A DNA stretch of 64,000 bases, taken from Alphaproteobacteria bacterium (lineage in GTDB: Bacteria; Pseudomonadota; Alphaproteobacteria; Sphingomonadales; Sphingomonadaceae). Where the stretch lies: contig JBKHWO010000045.1 in the NCBI GenBank assembly GCA_046566485.1, forward strand, positions 3,664 through 67,663. The letters run 5' to 3'. The position numbers and the translations under genes are program-made. The notes below the pieces were generated by a model. That model had not been told where the DNA came from. It worked only from the letters and a program-made list of their open reading frames with translations, and did no database searches. Shown here piece by piece: positions 8,358 through 19,624 of the stretch; the first letter of the stretch is position 1; the number at the start of each line of letters is the position of its first letter.

Positions 8358-9572
8358 ATGACCGATAAACGCGATCTCGTGATCCTGGGCGGTGGGCTGG
8401 TGGGGATGACCCTGGCGCTCGCCGCGGCGAAGAAGGGCATCACCAGCCATGTGATCGACAAGGCTCTGCCCGAGGAACTGACCGCCGAAGGCGTGGATGG
8501 CCGCGCCTCGGCTATTTCGACCGCCAGCTGGAACCTGTTCTGCAACATCGGTCTGGAAGAGCGGCTGGCCCCGCTCGGCTGTCCGATTGAGGCAATTGCC
8601 GTGACCGACGGGATGAAGCCCGGGCGGATCGACTTCAAGCCGCAGCCGGGCGATGGCACGCTGGGCCGGATGTACGCCAATCGCGACATCCGCCTTGCCC
8701 TGTTTGATGCGGCGCGCGGGGAATCCGCGATTGCCTGGTCCAGCGGAGTCGAACCGGTGGAGCGGGAGCGCGGCGAGCATGGCGTGGCCGTGGAGCTGAG
8801 CGACGGCCGCACGGTCCAGGGTAGCTTGCTGGTCGGCGCGGAAGGGCGGCAGAGCCCGACGCGCAAGGAAGCGGGCCTCAATTCGGCGCGTTGGGACTAT
8901 AGCCACCGCGCTTTCGTCACGGGCATCACCCACGAAAAGCCGCATGGCGGGGTCGCTTGGGAGATCTTCTACCCGGCGGGGCCACTGGCCTTGCTGCCCC
9001 TGCTCGATCTGCCTGACGGACGCCACCGCAGCGCCGTGGTCTGGACCTTTGACGAAAAGGATGCCGCCGGGGTCGCCGCGCTGAGCGACGCGGTGTTCAT
9101 CGGCGAAATGGCCCAGCGGCTCGAAGGTATTTTCGGCAAGATCGAACTGAATGCCCCGCGGATGAGCTATCCGCTGAACTTCCACCACGCCCCGCGGATC
9201 GTCGAGCAGCGACTGGCTCTGGTCGGCGATGCGGCGCACGGGATGCACCCGATTGCCGGACAAGGGCTGAACCTGGGCCTGCGCGATGTCGGTGTGCTGG
9301 TCGAATGCCTGGCCGAGGGCATGCGGCTCGGTCTCGATCCGGGCGATGCCCAGGTGCTGGCGCGCTATGAACGCTGGCGCAGCCTGGACAACACCACGGT
9401 CATGGCCACGACCGATGCGATCGTCCGCTTGTTCGGCGTGCCTGGCCGTTTGCCCAGCCTGGTACGGCGCATTGGCATGGCCGGAGTCCAGCGTTCGGGC
9501 TGGCTCAAGCACTTCTTCATGGATGAAGCCCGCGGCATGTCAGGCGACCTGCCGCAATTGCTCCGCGCCTAG
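8358..9572 (+). CDS. UbiH/UbiF/VisC/COQ6-family FAD-dependent hydroxylase
   Basis: GGGLVG FAD motif, GAEGRQS, GDAAHGMHPIAGQGLNLG. Confidence 0.9.
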   Translation: MTDKRDLVILGGGLVGMTLALAAAKKGITSHVIDKALPEELTAEGVDGRASAISTASWNLFCNIGLEERLAPLGCPIEAIAVTDGMKPGRIDFKPQPGDGTLGRMYANRDIRLALFDAARGESAIAWSSGVEPVERERGEHGVAVELSDGRTVQGSLLVGAEGRQSPTRKEAGLNSARWDYSHRAFVTGITHEKPHGGVAWEIFYPAGPLALLPLLDLPDGRHRSAVVWTFDEKDAAGVAALSDAVFIGEMAQRLEGIFGKIELNAPRMSYPLNFHHAPRIVEQRLALVGDAAHGMHPIAGQGLNLGLRDVGVLVECLAEGMRLGLDPGDAQVLARYERWRSLDNTTVMATTDAIVRLFGVPGRLPSLVRRIGMAGVQRSGWLKHFFMDEARGMSGDLPQLLRA

Positions 9573-10465
9573 ATCGCGGGAACGGGTGCTGACGATGCGG
9601 GGCTGGGGCTGACGGCCGGGCCTGGTTGCCGCACCGCTTCGCCGGTTCCGCTTTTCAACTTTTCCGGTTCGGACAAGGCAGCCTGTTCGATCTGGTCCAG
9701 CGCCTGCATTGTCGCTGCGTATCGTTTTGCCTTGGCAATCCAGGTGTTTGCCGCAGCGCGGCCGGGCAGCCCCGCGACGAGCTCGGTCGCAGCGTCGATC
9801 TGCCCCGCGCGCAACTGCAGGTCCGCCTGGGCGAGGCGGGTCTCGGCGCTGCTGGTCCCCGGCGCAGTACGATGCACCACGAACAGGTCGGACATCTGAC
9901 GGCGGAATCGCGTCCAGGCTCCCTGATTGGCGCTTTTGCCGGTCAGCGCCGGCGCCAGCTGGTGCAGTTCGGCGCTGAGCTGCGTCAGAGTCGTGGGCTG
10001 CTGCGCGCCCGAGATGATCGCCGCGATCGCCTGGGGCCGGGCCGTGGCAAAGCGGAGTCGCAACTGTTCTTCAAGATAGCCCAGCGGCATTCCGCGTTCG
10101 ATCGCGCGCCGCGTCGCTTGGGCGACCAGCAGTGCTTCGGCTCGCGCAGTATTGCCCTCTGCTGCAGCGGCTTGCAGATCGATGCGGGCAAGACGGCGTT
10201 CCAGCTCGGCGACTTGCCGTTCCAGCACCATATTGACCTGCGGCAATTGCTGGCCGGTCGCGCTCGGGGGATTGTCCGGTTCGCTGCTGCGGAAAATGGC
10301 ATTGTCCGTACCGATCAGCGGCACGGCGATCCGTCCTTCCCAAGCAAGCCAACCGATCAAGGCGGCGGCACCAAGCAGGGCCAGCACGGTCCCGCCCAGC
10401 ATGACGCGCAAAAAGCCAGAACGGCGCGGCATTGGGTCGAGTGAGGAATAAGGATCTGCGGACAT
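9569..10465 (-). CDS. Mic60/mitofilin-like inner membrane protein (start may be ATG 10432)
   Basis: Single N-terminal TM, coiled-coil region, C-terminal helical domain; lies directly downstream of hemC-hemD, the known alphaproteobacterial Mic60 context. Confidence 0.6.
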   Translation of the reverse strand: MSADPYSSLDPMPRRSGFLRVMLGGTVLALLGAAALIGWLAWEGRIAVPLIGTDNAIFRSSEPDNPPSATGQQLPQVNMVLERQVAELERRLARIDLQAAAAEGNTARAEALLVAQATRRAIERGMPLGYLEEQLRLRFATARPQAIAAIISGAQQPTTLTQLSAELHQLAPALTGKSANQGAWTRFRRQMSDLFVVHRTAPGTSSAETRLAQADLQLRAGQIDAATELVAGLPGRAAANTWIAKAKRYAATMQALDQIEQAALSEPEKLKSGTGEAVRQPGPAVSPSPASSAPVPAI

Positions 10466-10492
10466 TCGGTCCCTTGCCAGCTGTTGCAGAGG

Positions 10493-11197
10493 TCAGCGCG
10501 CCCCCGGCAGAGGGTCTTGGCACATTTGCCGCGCCAAAGCCAGCAAGGCGGAGTCTTCCGGATAGGGCGCCGCGGCTACCTCGCCCCAGCCATCGCCGGC
10601 TGCAACGGCAATGCGGGGCGACAGCGCCGCGACGCGCAATGTCGCGCGGCGAATGCCGTGCTGCACGCACTGGGCCGCAAGATGCCGTGCGGCCTCGGCG
10701 GAATGGAGCAGGACAATCGCGGGCTGGCGCAGCAGGGCGACCAGTTCCGCAGGCATGTCGCGCGGCAAGCTGGCATAGACCACGCGTTCGTCCATGGTGA
10801 CGCCCTTGGGCAGGGTCAGCGGCACGCGCTCCTCCCCGGCAAGCCGCAGCAGGCGGCGATGCCCGGGGGCCAGTTGGTCGACCGCGCCCTGCAGGTTCGC
10901 GTTGCCGGTGGCGACGACCTTGAAACCGGCTGCCGCTGCCGCATCGGAGGTTGCTTCGCCCACGGCATAGACCGGCAGGGATTTAAGTGGGGAAAGACCG
11001 TGCCCGCCATGATGCAGGACCATCGCACTGCCGATCAGCAGGGCGTCAAAAGCATTGGGCGGGACCGCCTCCCAGCTGCGCGGTGCGACTTCAAACAGGG
11101 GATAACCGTGGACTTCGACCCCGTGCATCTGCCGCGCCTTGGCCAGGCTGGCGCTGCAACCGGGCTCGGGGCGGATGACGACCAAGGGTACGGCCAT
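10493..11197 (-). CDS. hemD: uroporphyrinogen-III synthase
   Basis: VIRPEPG, YAVGEAT, LHSAEAA motifs; downstream of hemC. Confidence 0.88.
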   Translation of the reverse strand: MAVPLVVIRPEPGCSASLAKARQMHGVEVHGYPLFEVAPRSWEAVPPNAFDALLIGSAMVLHHGGHGLSPLKSLPVYAVGEATSDAAAAAGFKVVATGNANLQGAVDQLAPGHRRLLRLAGEERVPLTLPKGVTMDERVVYASLPRDMPAELVALLRQPAIVLLHSAEAARHLAAQCVQHGIRRATLRVAALSPRIAVAAGDGWGEVAAAPYPEDSALLALARQMCQDPLPGAR

Positions 11198-11215
11198 GAA
11201 GTCTGGCTCCTGTTC

Positions 11216-12139
11216 CTACCGTGGCGGCGGGTCGAAGTGTTCGCGGATGGCAGGGCCAGCCTTGCTAAGTAGTTCTCCTGCAAGTCGGGCCGGTCCGTCA
11301 AGGTCGTCGAGCGCAAAGCGGGCGGTTTCTTCCACTCTTTCCGCGCCATCCGGCGAAAGCAGGGCAGCCCGGATCGTCAGGCTGTTGCCCGCCTCCTGGG
11401 TCAGCACGGCAATCGGGCTGTGGCAATTGCCGCCCAGCGCTGCCAGCAGGGCGCGCTCGGCAATCACGGCGCGGTGGCTGGGGCCATGGTCGATGGCAGA
11501 GAGCAGCGCGCGGGTGCGATCATCGGCGGCGCGCGCCTCTATCGCAATGGCGCCCTGGCCGGGAGCGGGAAGCCAGTCTTGCGGATCGAGCGGTGTGCCG
11601 AAATGCGCCATGCCGAGCCGGTTGAGCCCGGCCAGGGCGAGCAGGGTGACATCGGCTTCGCCCGCCTCCAGCTTGGCCAGCCGGGTCTGGACATTGCCGC
11701 GAATGCCGACCACGCGGCAGTCGGGCCGGGCGTGAAGCGCCTGCGCGGCGCGGCGCGGGGCGCTGGTGCCGATCCGGGTACCGGGGGGCAGTTCGGCCAA
11801 GCTGGCCGCGCCGACCAGCACGTCGCGCACGTCCTCGCGCGGGAGGATAGCGGCAATCGCGATTTCGCTCGGGCGGATCGTTTCGACGTCCTTCAGCGAG
11901 TGGACCGCAAAGTCGATTTCCCCGGCCAGCAGCCAGGCATCCAGCTCCTTGGTCCACAGCGCCTTGCCGCCGATTTCGGCCAGCGGGCGGTCCAGCACCT
12001 TGTCGCCGCTGGCGGTGACGGGAACGATCTCTACCGCAAGCCCGGGATGGGCAGCGCACAGGCGGTCGCGGGCTTCGTGCGCCTGGGCCATGGCAAGCGG
12101 CGAGGCACGGGTACCGAGTTTCAGGGGACGGTCAGGCAT
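11216..12139 (-). CDS. hemC: hydroxymethylbilane synthase (porphobilinogen deaminase)
   Basis: GTRASPLA, GGKALWTKE, VHSLKD, RGNVQTRL, LGGNCHSP. Confidence 0.97.
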   Translation of the reverse strand: MPDRPLKLGTRASPLAMAQAHEARDRLCAAHPGLAVEIVPVTASGDKVLDRPLAEIGGKALWTKELDAWLLAGEIDFAVHSLKDVETIRPSEIAIAAILPREDVRDVLVGAASLAELPPGTRIGTSAPRRAAQALHARPDCRVVGIRGNVQTRLAKLEAGEADVTLLALAGLNRLGMAHFGTPLDPQDWLPAPGQGAIAIEARAADDRTRALLSAIDHGPSHRAVIAERALLAALGGNCHSPIAVLTQEAGNSLTIRAALLSPDGAERVEETARFALDDLDGPARLAGELLSKAGPAIREHFDPPPR

Positions 12140-12182
12140 GGCCGCTTGTCCTATTGCGCAATCTCTCTAAGGGAAAGTGGGC

Positions 12183-13229
12183 ATGGGGATTGTCCTCGGA
12201 ATTGAATCATCCTGTGATGAAACGGCAGCCGCGCTGGTGGACAGCGAACGGCGCGTTATCGCGCAGCGTATCGCCTCGCAGGACGAAGCCCACCGCCCCT
12301 ATGGCGGGGTCGTGCCGGAAATCGCCGCCCGCGCCCATGCCGAGCGGGTGACGCCCTTGGTCGCCGCAACCCTGGCCGATGCGGGCATGACTCTGGCCGA
12401 TGTCGATGCGATTGCGGCGACCGCCGGGCCGGGCCTGATCGGCGGGGTGATGGTCGGACTGGTCAGCGCCAAGGCGCTTGCCATGGCCAGCGGCAAGCCG
12501 CTGATTGCGGTCAATCACTTGGAAGGACACGCCCTGTCGCCGCGCCTGGCCGATAGCGCGCTGCAATTCCCCTATCTGCTGCTGCTCGTCTCGGGCGGGC
12601 ATTGCCAGTTGCTGCTGGTCGAAGGCGTCGGGCGGTACAAGCGCCTGGGCACGACCATTGACGATGCGCTGGGCGAAGCTTTCGACAAGACGGCAAAGAT
12701 CCTGGGCCTCGGTTTTCCGGGCGGTCCAGCGGTCGAGCGACTGGCGCGCGAAGGGGATGCGCGCAAGGTCCCGCTGCCGCGCCCCTTGCTGGGCAGCAAT
12801 GAGCCGCATTTCTCCTTCGCCGGGCTGAAAAGCGCGGTGCTGCGCGCCAAGGAAGCGATGAGCGGCGCAGCGCAGGGCGCCTATGGCGAGGCCGACATTG
12901 CCGCCTCGTTCCAGCAGGCGGCGATCGACTGCGTGATCGACCGCAGCCGCAAGGCTTTGCAGGCTACGACTGGCGCGACCGCGCTGGTGGTTGCGGGCGG
13001 GGTGGCCGCGAACCAGGCAGTGCGCGGTGCGTTGGAGGCTTTGGCGGCAGAATTTTCGCTGCCGTTCGTGGCGCCGCCCTTGGCGCTGTGTACGGACAAT
13101 GCGGCAATGATTGCCTGGGCCGGGGTGGAACGGCTGGGGCAGTCCGATCCGCTCGATTTCGCCGCGCGGCCGCGCTGGCCGCTCGATCCTGATGCGGCTC
13201 CGGTGCGCGGAGCAGGGGTAAAGGCATGA
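12183..13229 (+). CDS. tsaD: tRNA t6A threonylcarbamoyltransferase
   Basis: [42 protein letters not shown]. Confidence 0.97.
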   Translation: MGIVLGIESSCDETAAALVDSERRVIAQRIASQDEAHRPYGGVVPEIAARAHAERVTPLVAATLADAGMTLADVDAIAATAGPGLIGGVMVGLVSAKALAMASGKPLIAVNHLEGHALSPRLADSALQFPYLLLLVSGGHCQLLLVEGVGRYKRLGTTIDDALGEAFDKTAKILGLGFPGGPAVERLAREGDARKVPLPRPLLGSNEPHFSFAGLKSAVLRAKEAMSGAAQGAYGEADIAASFQQAAIDCVIDRSRKALQATTGATALVVAGGVAANQAVRGALEALAAEFSLPFVAPPLALCTDNAAMIAWAGVERLGQSDPLDFAARPRWPLDPDAAPVRGAGVKA

Positions 13230-14221
13230 GTTCGGCAATCGGCGTGATCGGGGCTGGAGCGTGGGGCACGGCGCTGGCTCAGGCGATGGCCAGCAATGGC
13301 AGCGAAGTCCTGATCTGGGCGCGCGAAAGCGAGCTGGTGGAGGAAATCAACCGCCACCACAGCAACAGCCTGTTCCTGCCCAGCGCCAGCCTGGCCCCGT
13401 CGATCCGCGCCACGGGCAATCTGGCCGATCTGGCCGCGCTGCCGGTCCTGCTGGTCGTCACCCCGGCGCAGCATCTTGCCCGGGTGCTGGGTGACTTGCC
13501 CGATGGCGCTCGCGATCTGGTGCTGTGTTCCAAGGGGATCGAGGCCGGAACCGGCCGGCTGATGGCCGATGTAGCGGCAGAGGCTGCGCCCGCCGCGCAA
13601 ATCGCGGTCCTGTCCGGGCCGACTTTCGCTCACGAAGTGGCGGCAGGATTGCCGACAGCGGTGACTCTGGCCTGTGGCGGCGGCGCTGCGCAGTGGCAGC
13701 GGCTGGCTCCGGCCCTGTCGCGGCCGATGCTGCGGCTCTACTACTCCGATGACGTGACCGGCGCGGAAATCGGCGGCGCGGTGAAGAACGTGCTGGCGAT
13801 TGCCTGCGGCGTGGTCGATGGCCTGGGCCTGGGGCAGAACGCCCGCGCCGCGCTGATCGCGCGCGGCTATGCCGAAATGGTCCGCTTTGGTCTGGCTTTG
13901 GGCGGGCGCGCAGAGACACTGGCGGGGCTGTGCGGGCTGGGCGATCTGGTCCTGACCTGCTCCTCCACTTCGAGCCGCAACTTCTCGCTCGGCAAGGCGC
14001 TGGGCGAAGGGCAATCGGCGGATCAGGCGCTGCACGGCAAGTCCAGCGTGGCCGAAGGCGCGCATACGGCTCCGGTCCTGGCCGATCTGGCCCGCCAGCG
14101 CGGCATCGACATGCCGATTGTCGATGCGGTCTGCCGTCTGCTCGCCGGTGAAGCTCCGGCAACCAGCGTGGTCAGCGACCTGCTCTCCCGTCCGCTTCGG
14201 GCCGAAGGCGTCGAAGCATGA
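13226..14221 (+). CDS. gpsA: NAD(P)H-dependent glycerol-3-phosphate dehydrogenase
   Basis: [38 protein letters not shown]. Confidence 0.96.
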   Translation: MSSAIGVIGAGAWGTALAQAMASNGSEVLIWARESELVEEINRHHSNSLFLPSASLAPSIRATGNLADLAALPVLLVVTPAQHLARVLGDLPDGARDLVLCSKGIEAGTGRLMADVAAEAAPAAQIAVLSGPTFAHEVAAGLPTAVTLACGGGAAQWQRLAPALSRPMLRLYYSDDVTGAEIGGAVKNVLAIACGVVDGLGLGQNARAALIARGYAEMVRFGLALGGRAETLAGLCGLGDLVLTCSSTSSRNFSLGKALGEGQSADQALHGKSSVAEGAHTAPVLADLARQRGIDMPIVDAVCRLLAGEAPATSVVSDLLSRPLRAEGVEA

Positions 14222-15699
14222 GCGAGGAACGCACCGAACAGCAGGACATCCAGGCGCTGGCCAAGGGCGGGCGGACCAATATCCTTGGCTTCGTGCTGCG
14301 GCTGGCGGGCAATATCCCGTTCCTGTTCATCGCCGGGCGGCTTTATGGCGCCGAAGCCCTGGGCCGGTTTGCCTTTGCCGTCGCCGTGGTCGAACTGGCG
14401 GTGCAGCTTTGCACGCTGGGGCAAAAGCGCGGCCTGGCACAGGAGCTGGCGCGGGAGGACGCGAATCCGGCCAATGTCGTGGGCGATGGCATGCTACTCA
14501 GCGGAACCCTGGCAGCAGTGGTTGCCGCGGTCTTCTATCTTTTCCCGGTGTTGGTCTTTCCCAATGCGCATTTCAATGCGGTGGACCGCCTGATCCCGCT
14601 GATCATGGTGCCGATGGTGCTGACCGACATTGCCCTGTCGGCCCAGGCGTACCGGTTCGACGTTGCCACGACTGTCCGCGCGCGCGCGCTGGTTGAGCCG
14701 TGGACCCGCTCGATCCTTGCCGGGGTGCTGTGGTTCTTCATCCCGTCGAGCGGCCTGATCATCGCCTATATCGCCTCGATCTTTGCCACGGCGGTGGCGG
14801 CACTGTGGCCGGTCTATCGCACCTATGGCCTGCCCCGCGCGTGGCGGCCGCACCCGCTCCGGCTGGGCAAGCTGGCGCTGGGCAACCTCCCGCTCGCGGT
14901 CGCCGACGCGGTCGAATGGGGCACGCGGCGGCTCGACCTGGCGATCCTTGGCATTTTCGCCGGACCAAAGGCGGTGGGGGTCTATTACGTCGCGCAGCAG
15001 ATCGCCTCGCTGCCGCAGAAGTTCAAGACCAGTTTCGAGCCGGTGCTGGGTCCGGTGATCACCCGCAATCTCAAGGACCGGAACTATGCCGCGATATCGC
15101 AGCAGGTTTGCCAGGTCGGCTTCTGGATCACCGCGGCGCAGGTCGCCGTCGCGCTGGCCTTGGGCCTGCCCGGCGAAGGGGTGATGGGCCTGACCGGCCC
15201 GGCTTTCGTCGGCGGGACGGGGGCACTCGCGTTCCTGCTTGCGGCAGAGGTGGTTGCCTCGGCCGCCGTGGTGAGCGAAGCGGCGCTGATCTATGTGAAG
15301 CGCATGGTCAATCTGTGGCTCTCGCTCGCCACCGTGGCGGTCCAGGTGGTCGCCTCGGTCGGCCTGATCCTGCTGGCCAAGCGGATGGGGCTGGGGGAAC
15401 TATACTGGGCAGCGGCCGTTGCTGCGGGATTGATGATCGCGCTGGGCTTTGCCTCGCTGGCCAAGTCGCGCGTGCTGTCCCGTTTCCTGGGGCACCCGGC
15501 CAATCCGTGGCGCTGGTCGGTGGTCTGGGCTGCGGCTCCGGCAGTGGTGGTCGGCTGGTTCGTCACCCGCTATCTGCCCGAATGGCTGGAACTGGCGCTT
15601 GGCATTCCGGCTATTCTGGCTGCCTATTGCTGGGTAATCTGGGTCAAGGGCTTCGGGCCTGAGGACCGCGTGCTGTTCCGCCGCAATGTCGGCGCATGA
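14218..15699 (+). CDS. MOP-superfamily polysaccharide/oligosaccharide flippase
   Basis: About 12-14 hydrophobic segments; LYGAEALGRF and VGVYYVAQQI motifs typical of Wzx/MATE-like exporters. Confidence 0.72.
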   Translation: MSEERTEQQDIQALAKGGRTNILGFVLRLAGNIPFLFIAGRLYGAEALGRFAFAVAVVELAVQLCTLGQKRGLAQELAREDANPANVVGDGMLLSGTLAAVVAAVFYLFPVLVFPNAHFNAVDRLIPLIMVPMVLTDIALSAQAYRFDVATTVRARALVEPWTRSILAGVLWFFIPSSGLIIAYIASIFATAVAALWPVYRTYGLPRAWRPHPLRLGKLALGNLPLAVADAVEWGTRRLDLAILGIFAGPKAVGVYYVAQQIASLPQKFKTSFEPVLGPVITRNLKDRNYAAISQQVCQVGFWITAAQVAVALALGLPGEGVMGLTGPAFVGGTGALAFLLAAEVVASAAVVSEAALIYVKRMVNLWLSLATVAVQVVASVGLILLAKRMGLGELYWAAAVAAGLMIALGFASLAKSRVLSRFLGHPANPWRWSVVWAAAPAVVVGWFVTRYLPEWLELALGIPAILAAYCWVIWVKGFGPEDRVLFRRNVGA

Positions 15700-15721
15700 T
15701 TGGAACGAAGGATATGGTGCG

Positions 15722-16420
15722 ATGATGCAGACGATCGAAGCGAACTGGGTCGCCTTTGCCGTGGCATTGCTGGCCGTTCTGGTGGTCGGCTGGCTGCTGC
15801 TGGCCCGCGCCCGGAGCAAGCCTACGCGGCGCGAGTACAAGCCCGACGTGCTCGATCAGGGCGCGGCTTCGGTCCAGCGCAACCAGGCGCTGATTGACGC
15901 GGCGCCCGCCGCCCAGGTTACCCCGCCGCCGCAAGGCGCGACGATGGGCGGGATCGGCGAAGCCGTGGCGATCGGGGCGCAAGACGTGGTCGAAGAAGCC
16001 GCGACCCAGCCGGTTCCCGAAAGCCCGCCCGAAATCCAGCCCGCGCCGCCCCCGCCGCCCGCGCCTGCGCCGCAGCCCGAAGTGGTTCCTTCGCCCGAGC
16101 CGCAGCCGGAAATCGTCCCCTCGGTCGAGCCGATCCCCGCGCCCAGCCCGCCGACTGCCGCGCCCGCAGGCGACGTGCTGCTGGCCGACGACCTGTCGCG
16201 GATCAAGGGCCTGGGGCCCAAGCTGCAAAAGCTGCTCCCCACCCTGGGCCTCTCCACCTTTGCCCAGATCGCCGCGCTGACCGATTCGGACCTGGCCGAA
16301 CTCGATACCAAGCTGGGCGCCTTCGCCGGCCGTCCGGCAAAGGACAACTGGGTCGAACAGGCGAAATACCTCGCCGCCGGGGACACCGCCGGGTTCGAAG
16401 CGCGCTTCGGCAAGGTCTGA
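15722..16420 (+). CDS. membrane-anchored Pro-rich protein with C-terminal helix-hairpin-helix domain
   Basis: N-terminal TM, PAP/PEP-rich linker, DDLSRIKGLGPK ... WVEQAKYLA. Confidence 0.7.
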   Translation: MMQTIEANWVAFAVALLAVLVVGWLLLARARSKPTRREYKPDVLDQGAASVQRNQALIDAAPAAQVTPPPQGATMGGIGEAVAIGAQDVVEEAATQPVPESPPEIQPAPPPPPAPAPQPEVVPSPEPQPEIVPSVEPIPAPSPPTAAPAGDVLLADDLSRIKGLGPKLQKLLPTLGLSTFAQIAALTDSDLAELDTKLGAFAGRPAKDNWVEQAKYLAAGDTAGFEARFGKV

Positions 16421-16432
16421 TTTAGACCGGCC

Positions 16433-18619
16433 CTAGCGCCCCCACTTCTTCTGGGTCTTGCCGTAACGCGTCTTGCGCGTGCCCGGCTTGCCTTCGTTGC
16501 TGCGGCCCACGCGCGGAGCCTTGTGTTCGGCGTCGGGCAGGCCCAGCTCGGTCGCCTCCAGGCGGCGGATTTCGTCGCGCAGGCGGCCGGCTTCCTCGAA
16601 TTCCAGGTCGGCGGCGGCGGCGCGCATCCGGCCTTCCAGCTCCTCGATATAGGCGCGCAGGTTGTGGCCGACGAGGTTGTTGCGCTCGTCGTCCTCGATA
16701 TCGACCACCACCCCGTCGCGGCTGGCCGCATCGGCGACGATATCGTGGATGTTGCGCTTAATCGTTTCGGGGGTGATCCCGTGTAGCTCGTTATAGGCGC
16801 GCTGCTTTTCGCGGCGGCGGTCGGTTTCCGCCATGGCGCGTTCCATCGATCCGGTGATCCGGTCGGCATAGAGGATCACGCGGCCATCGACATTGCGCGC
16901 GGCGCGGCCAATGGTCTGGATCAGCGACGTTTCGCTGCGCAGGAAGCCTTCCTTGTCCGCGTCCAGGATGCAGACCAGCCCGCATTCCGGAATGTCCAGC
17001 CCTTCGCGCAGCAGGTTGATCCCGACCAGCACGTCATAAACCCCCAGCCGCAGGTCGCGGATCAGCTCGATACGCTCCAGCGTTTCGACGTCGGAGTGCA
17101 TGTAGCGCACGCGCAGGCCCGCCTCGTGCATGAATTCGGTCAGGTCCTCGGCCATGCGCTTGGTCAGCGTGGTGACCAGCGTGCGGTAGCCCTTGGCCGC
17201 GGTCTGGCGGCATTCCTCGATGCAGTCCTGGACCTGGTCCTCGACCGGACGGATCAGCACCGGCGGATCGATCAGCCCGGTCGGGCGGATCACCTGTTCG
17301 GCAAAGACCCCGCCGGACTGCTCCATTTCCCACGATCCGGGCGTGGCCGAAACCGCCACGGTCTGCGGCCGCATCGCGTCCCACTCGTTGAACCGCAAGG
17401 GACGGTTGTCGATGCAGCTCGGCAGGCGAAAGCCATATTCGGCGAGGGTAATCTTGCGGCGGTGGTCGCCCTTGGACATCGCCCCGATCTGCGGGATCGT
17501 CTGGTGGCTTTCATCGACGAACAGCAGGGCATTGTCCGGCAGGTATTCGAACAGCGTCGGCGGCGGTTCGCCCGGCAGGCGCCCGGTGAGGAAGCGCGAA
17601 TAGTTCTCGATCCCCGCACAGCTGCCCGTGGCGGCGATCATTTCCAGGTCGAAATTGGTCCGCTGCTCCAGCCGCTGCGCTTCCAGCAGCTTGCCCTCGG
17701 CGTTCAGCTCCTTCAGCCGCTCGGCCAGTTCAAAGCGGATCGCCTCGGCCGCCTGCTTCATCGTCGGGCCGGGCGTGACATAGTGCGAATTGGCATAGAC
17801 CCGCACCGAATTGAGGCTGGCCCCCTTCTTGCCGGTCAGCGGATCGAATTCGGCAATCTCCTCGATCTCGTCGCCAAAGAACGAGACGCGCCAGGCCATG
17901 TCCTCGTAGTGGCTGGGGAACACTTCCAGGTTGTCGCCCCGCACGCGGAAGGTGCCGCGCTGGAACGCGGCGTCGTTGCGCTTGTATTGCAGGGCGACCA
18001 GCTTGCGGATGATCTCGCGCTGGTCCTCGCTCGCCCCCTTTTTCAGGTCGAAGATCATCGCCGAATAGGTTTCGACCGAGCCGATGCCATAGAGGCACGA
18101 GACCGACGCGACGATGATCACGTCATCGCGTTCGAGCAGCGAGCGGGTGGCGGCATGGCGCATCCGGTCGATCGCCTCGTTCACCGAGCTTTCCTTCTCG
18201 ATGTAGGTATCGCTGCGCGGCACATAGGCCTCGGGCTGGTAATAGTCGTAGTAGGAGACGAAGTATTCCACCGCGTTGTCGGGGAAAAAGCTCTTCATCT
18301 CGCCATAGAGCTGCGCCGCGAGGATCTTGTTCGGCGCCAGGATCAGCGCGGGCCGCTGCGTCGCCTCGATCACCTGGGCCATGGTGAAGGTCTTGCCGGA
18401 GCCGGTAACCCCCAGCAGCACCTGCGTCGCCTCGCCATTGCGGATGCCCTCCACCAGCTCGGCAATCGCGGTCGGCTGGTCCCCGGCGGGGGAATAGTCT
18501 GACACGATCTTGAACGGCCGCTGCTCCAGCGCCTTCTCCGGCCGCGCCGGCTTGTGCGGAACAAAGGCGTCCGTGGTGTCGGGTTCGTCGAGGCCCCGGC
18601 GGATGATGAGTTCAGCCAT
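16433..18619 (-). CDS. uvrB: excinuclease ABC subunit B
   Basis: [51 protein letters not shown]-terminal UVR motif. Confidence 0.98.
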   Translation of the reverse strand: MAELIIRRGLDEPDTTDAFVPHKPARPEKALEQRPFKIVSDYSPAGDQPTAIAELVEGIRNGEATQVLLGVTGSGKTFTMAQVIEATQRPALILAPNKILAAQLYGEMKSFFPDNAVEYFVSYYDYYQPEAYVPRSDTYIEKESSVNEAIDRMRHAATRSLLERDDVIIVASVSCLYGIGSVETYSAMIFDLKKGASEDQREIIRKLVALQYKRNDAAFQRGTFRVRGDNLEVFPSHYEDMAWRVSFFGDEIEEIAEFDPLTGKKGASLNSVRVYANSHYVTPGPTMKQAAEAIRFELAERLKELNAEGKLLEAQRLEQRTNFDLEMIAATGSCAGIENYSRFLTGRLPGEPPPTLFEYLPDNALLFVDESHQTIPQIGAMSKGDHRRKITLAEYGFRLPSCIDNRPLRFNEWDAMRPQTVAVSATPGSWEMEQSGGVFAEQVIRPTGLIDPPVLIRPVEDQVQDCIEECRQTAAKGYRTLVTTLTKRMAEDLTEFMHEAGLRVRYMHSDVETLERIELIRDLRLGVYDVLVGINLLREGLDIPECGLVCILDADKEGFLRSETSLIQTIGRAARNVDGRVILYADRITGSMERAMAETDRRREKQRAYNELHGITPETIKRNIHDIVADAASRDGVVVDIEDDERNNLVGHNLRAYIEELEGRMRAAAADLEFEEAGRLRDEIRRLEATELGLPDAEHKAPRVGRSNEGKPGTRKTRYGKTQKKWGR

Positions 18620-18757
18620 GGGCTGGGATATGGGGGTTTGCGGTTTGTTCCGCAATGGGGGTGGGACAGGAATGAAAAAGCCGATATGTTATTGACATAT
18701 CAGGGAAAGCAGCCCCAAACTCCAAGAGCGTGAGGTTTTTCTCGGTGGGGTTGAGGT

Positions 18758-19624
18758 ATGACGGACATCAAGCTCAAGTTCGAGGGTAAATTGTCCGACA
18801 ATCACGTGCTCAACTTCTACGATGCTGCGCGTGCAATGACTGGGTTTCAGCGATCGTTGGCGCTAACAACCCATCTAGTAATGCATGGTGAGATTATTAC
18901 TCAGGCACCAGCGTTAAAAGAAGCTGACATTCTTGTATCAACACCATCTCCCGGGTCGTGGGAAATTATTGCAAGTATTGTAGGTGCTGCTTGGGTCGCT
19001 GGCACTGCTAGTAAGGACACGCCGCCAGGGCACATGCTTTATTCTATTTATGACTACATAATATCTAGTACGCTTGGATTTCACGTCGATTACGAGAAAA
19101 GCCTGTTCCAGTCATATCGCGAAAGCTTAACCGAAAAAGGAATCACGCCTGAGAAACTTGAAAGTCTCATGGAGAAAACTGAATCCAGCATAGGTGATAT
19201 GCACCGTCCTATAGTTGCTTCGCAGAGTGCAACTTCCGCGAAACTATTCCGGTTAAGTAGATCTGGAGTCGATCAAATCGGTCCTGATATGACAAGTCTG
19301 AGCTACGATTACATCGCACGTACGATCCGGCGAGATGAATTGATCGAACACCAAGGGCTAGTTTCGAGATACAACGTTAATACATACAAGGGCAGAATAT
19401 TCTTGCCCGATGAACAGCGCCCTATTCCATTCGAACTCGATGAGGTCGCAAAGAATAGAGAAAGCGTACAGATTATCACTTCAAGTCTTCGAACAAATGC
19501 CACAAGCCGAAGGGAGAGTGAGGGTTTAATTGCGCTTTATGGGCGAAGGTTGGAGTCTTCTACGGGGAGACTTAAGGCGCTGATCGTAAACAAGGTAGAA
19601 GAAGCGAAAAGCATCGTCCTGTAA
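18758..19624 (+). CDS. hypothetical protein, AT-rich (probably horizontally acquired)
   Basis: 288-aa ORF with RBS GAGG; many A/T-ending codons, unlike flanking genes. Confidence 0.75.
   Translation: MTDIKLKFEGKLSDNHVLNFYDAARAMTGFQRSLALTTHLVMHGEIITQAPALKEADILVSTPSPGSWEIIASIVGAAWVAGTASKDTPPGHMLYSIYDYIISSTLGFHVDYEKSLFQSYRESLTEKGITPEKLESLMEKTESSIGDMHRPIVASQSATSAKLFRLSRSGVDQIGPDMTSLSYDYIARTIRRDELIEHQGLVSRYNVNTYKGRIFLPDEQRPIPFELDEVAKNRESVQIITSSLRTNATSRRESEGLIALYGRRLESSTGRLKALIVNKVEEAKSIVL

Noticed and set aside
6966-9512. 848-aa minus-strand ORF
   Set aside because: Antisense shadow of the phosphatase and ubiquinone hydroxylase genes; no motifs. Typical of high-GC DNA.
16000-16170. Tandem repeat in the Pro-rich region
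   Set aside because: Low-complexity coding linker without a fixed repeat unit.
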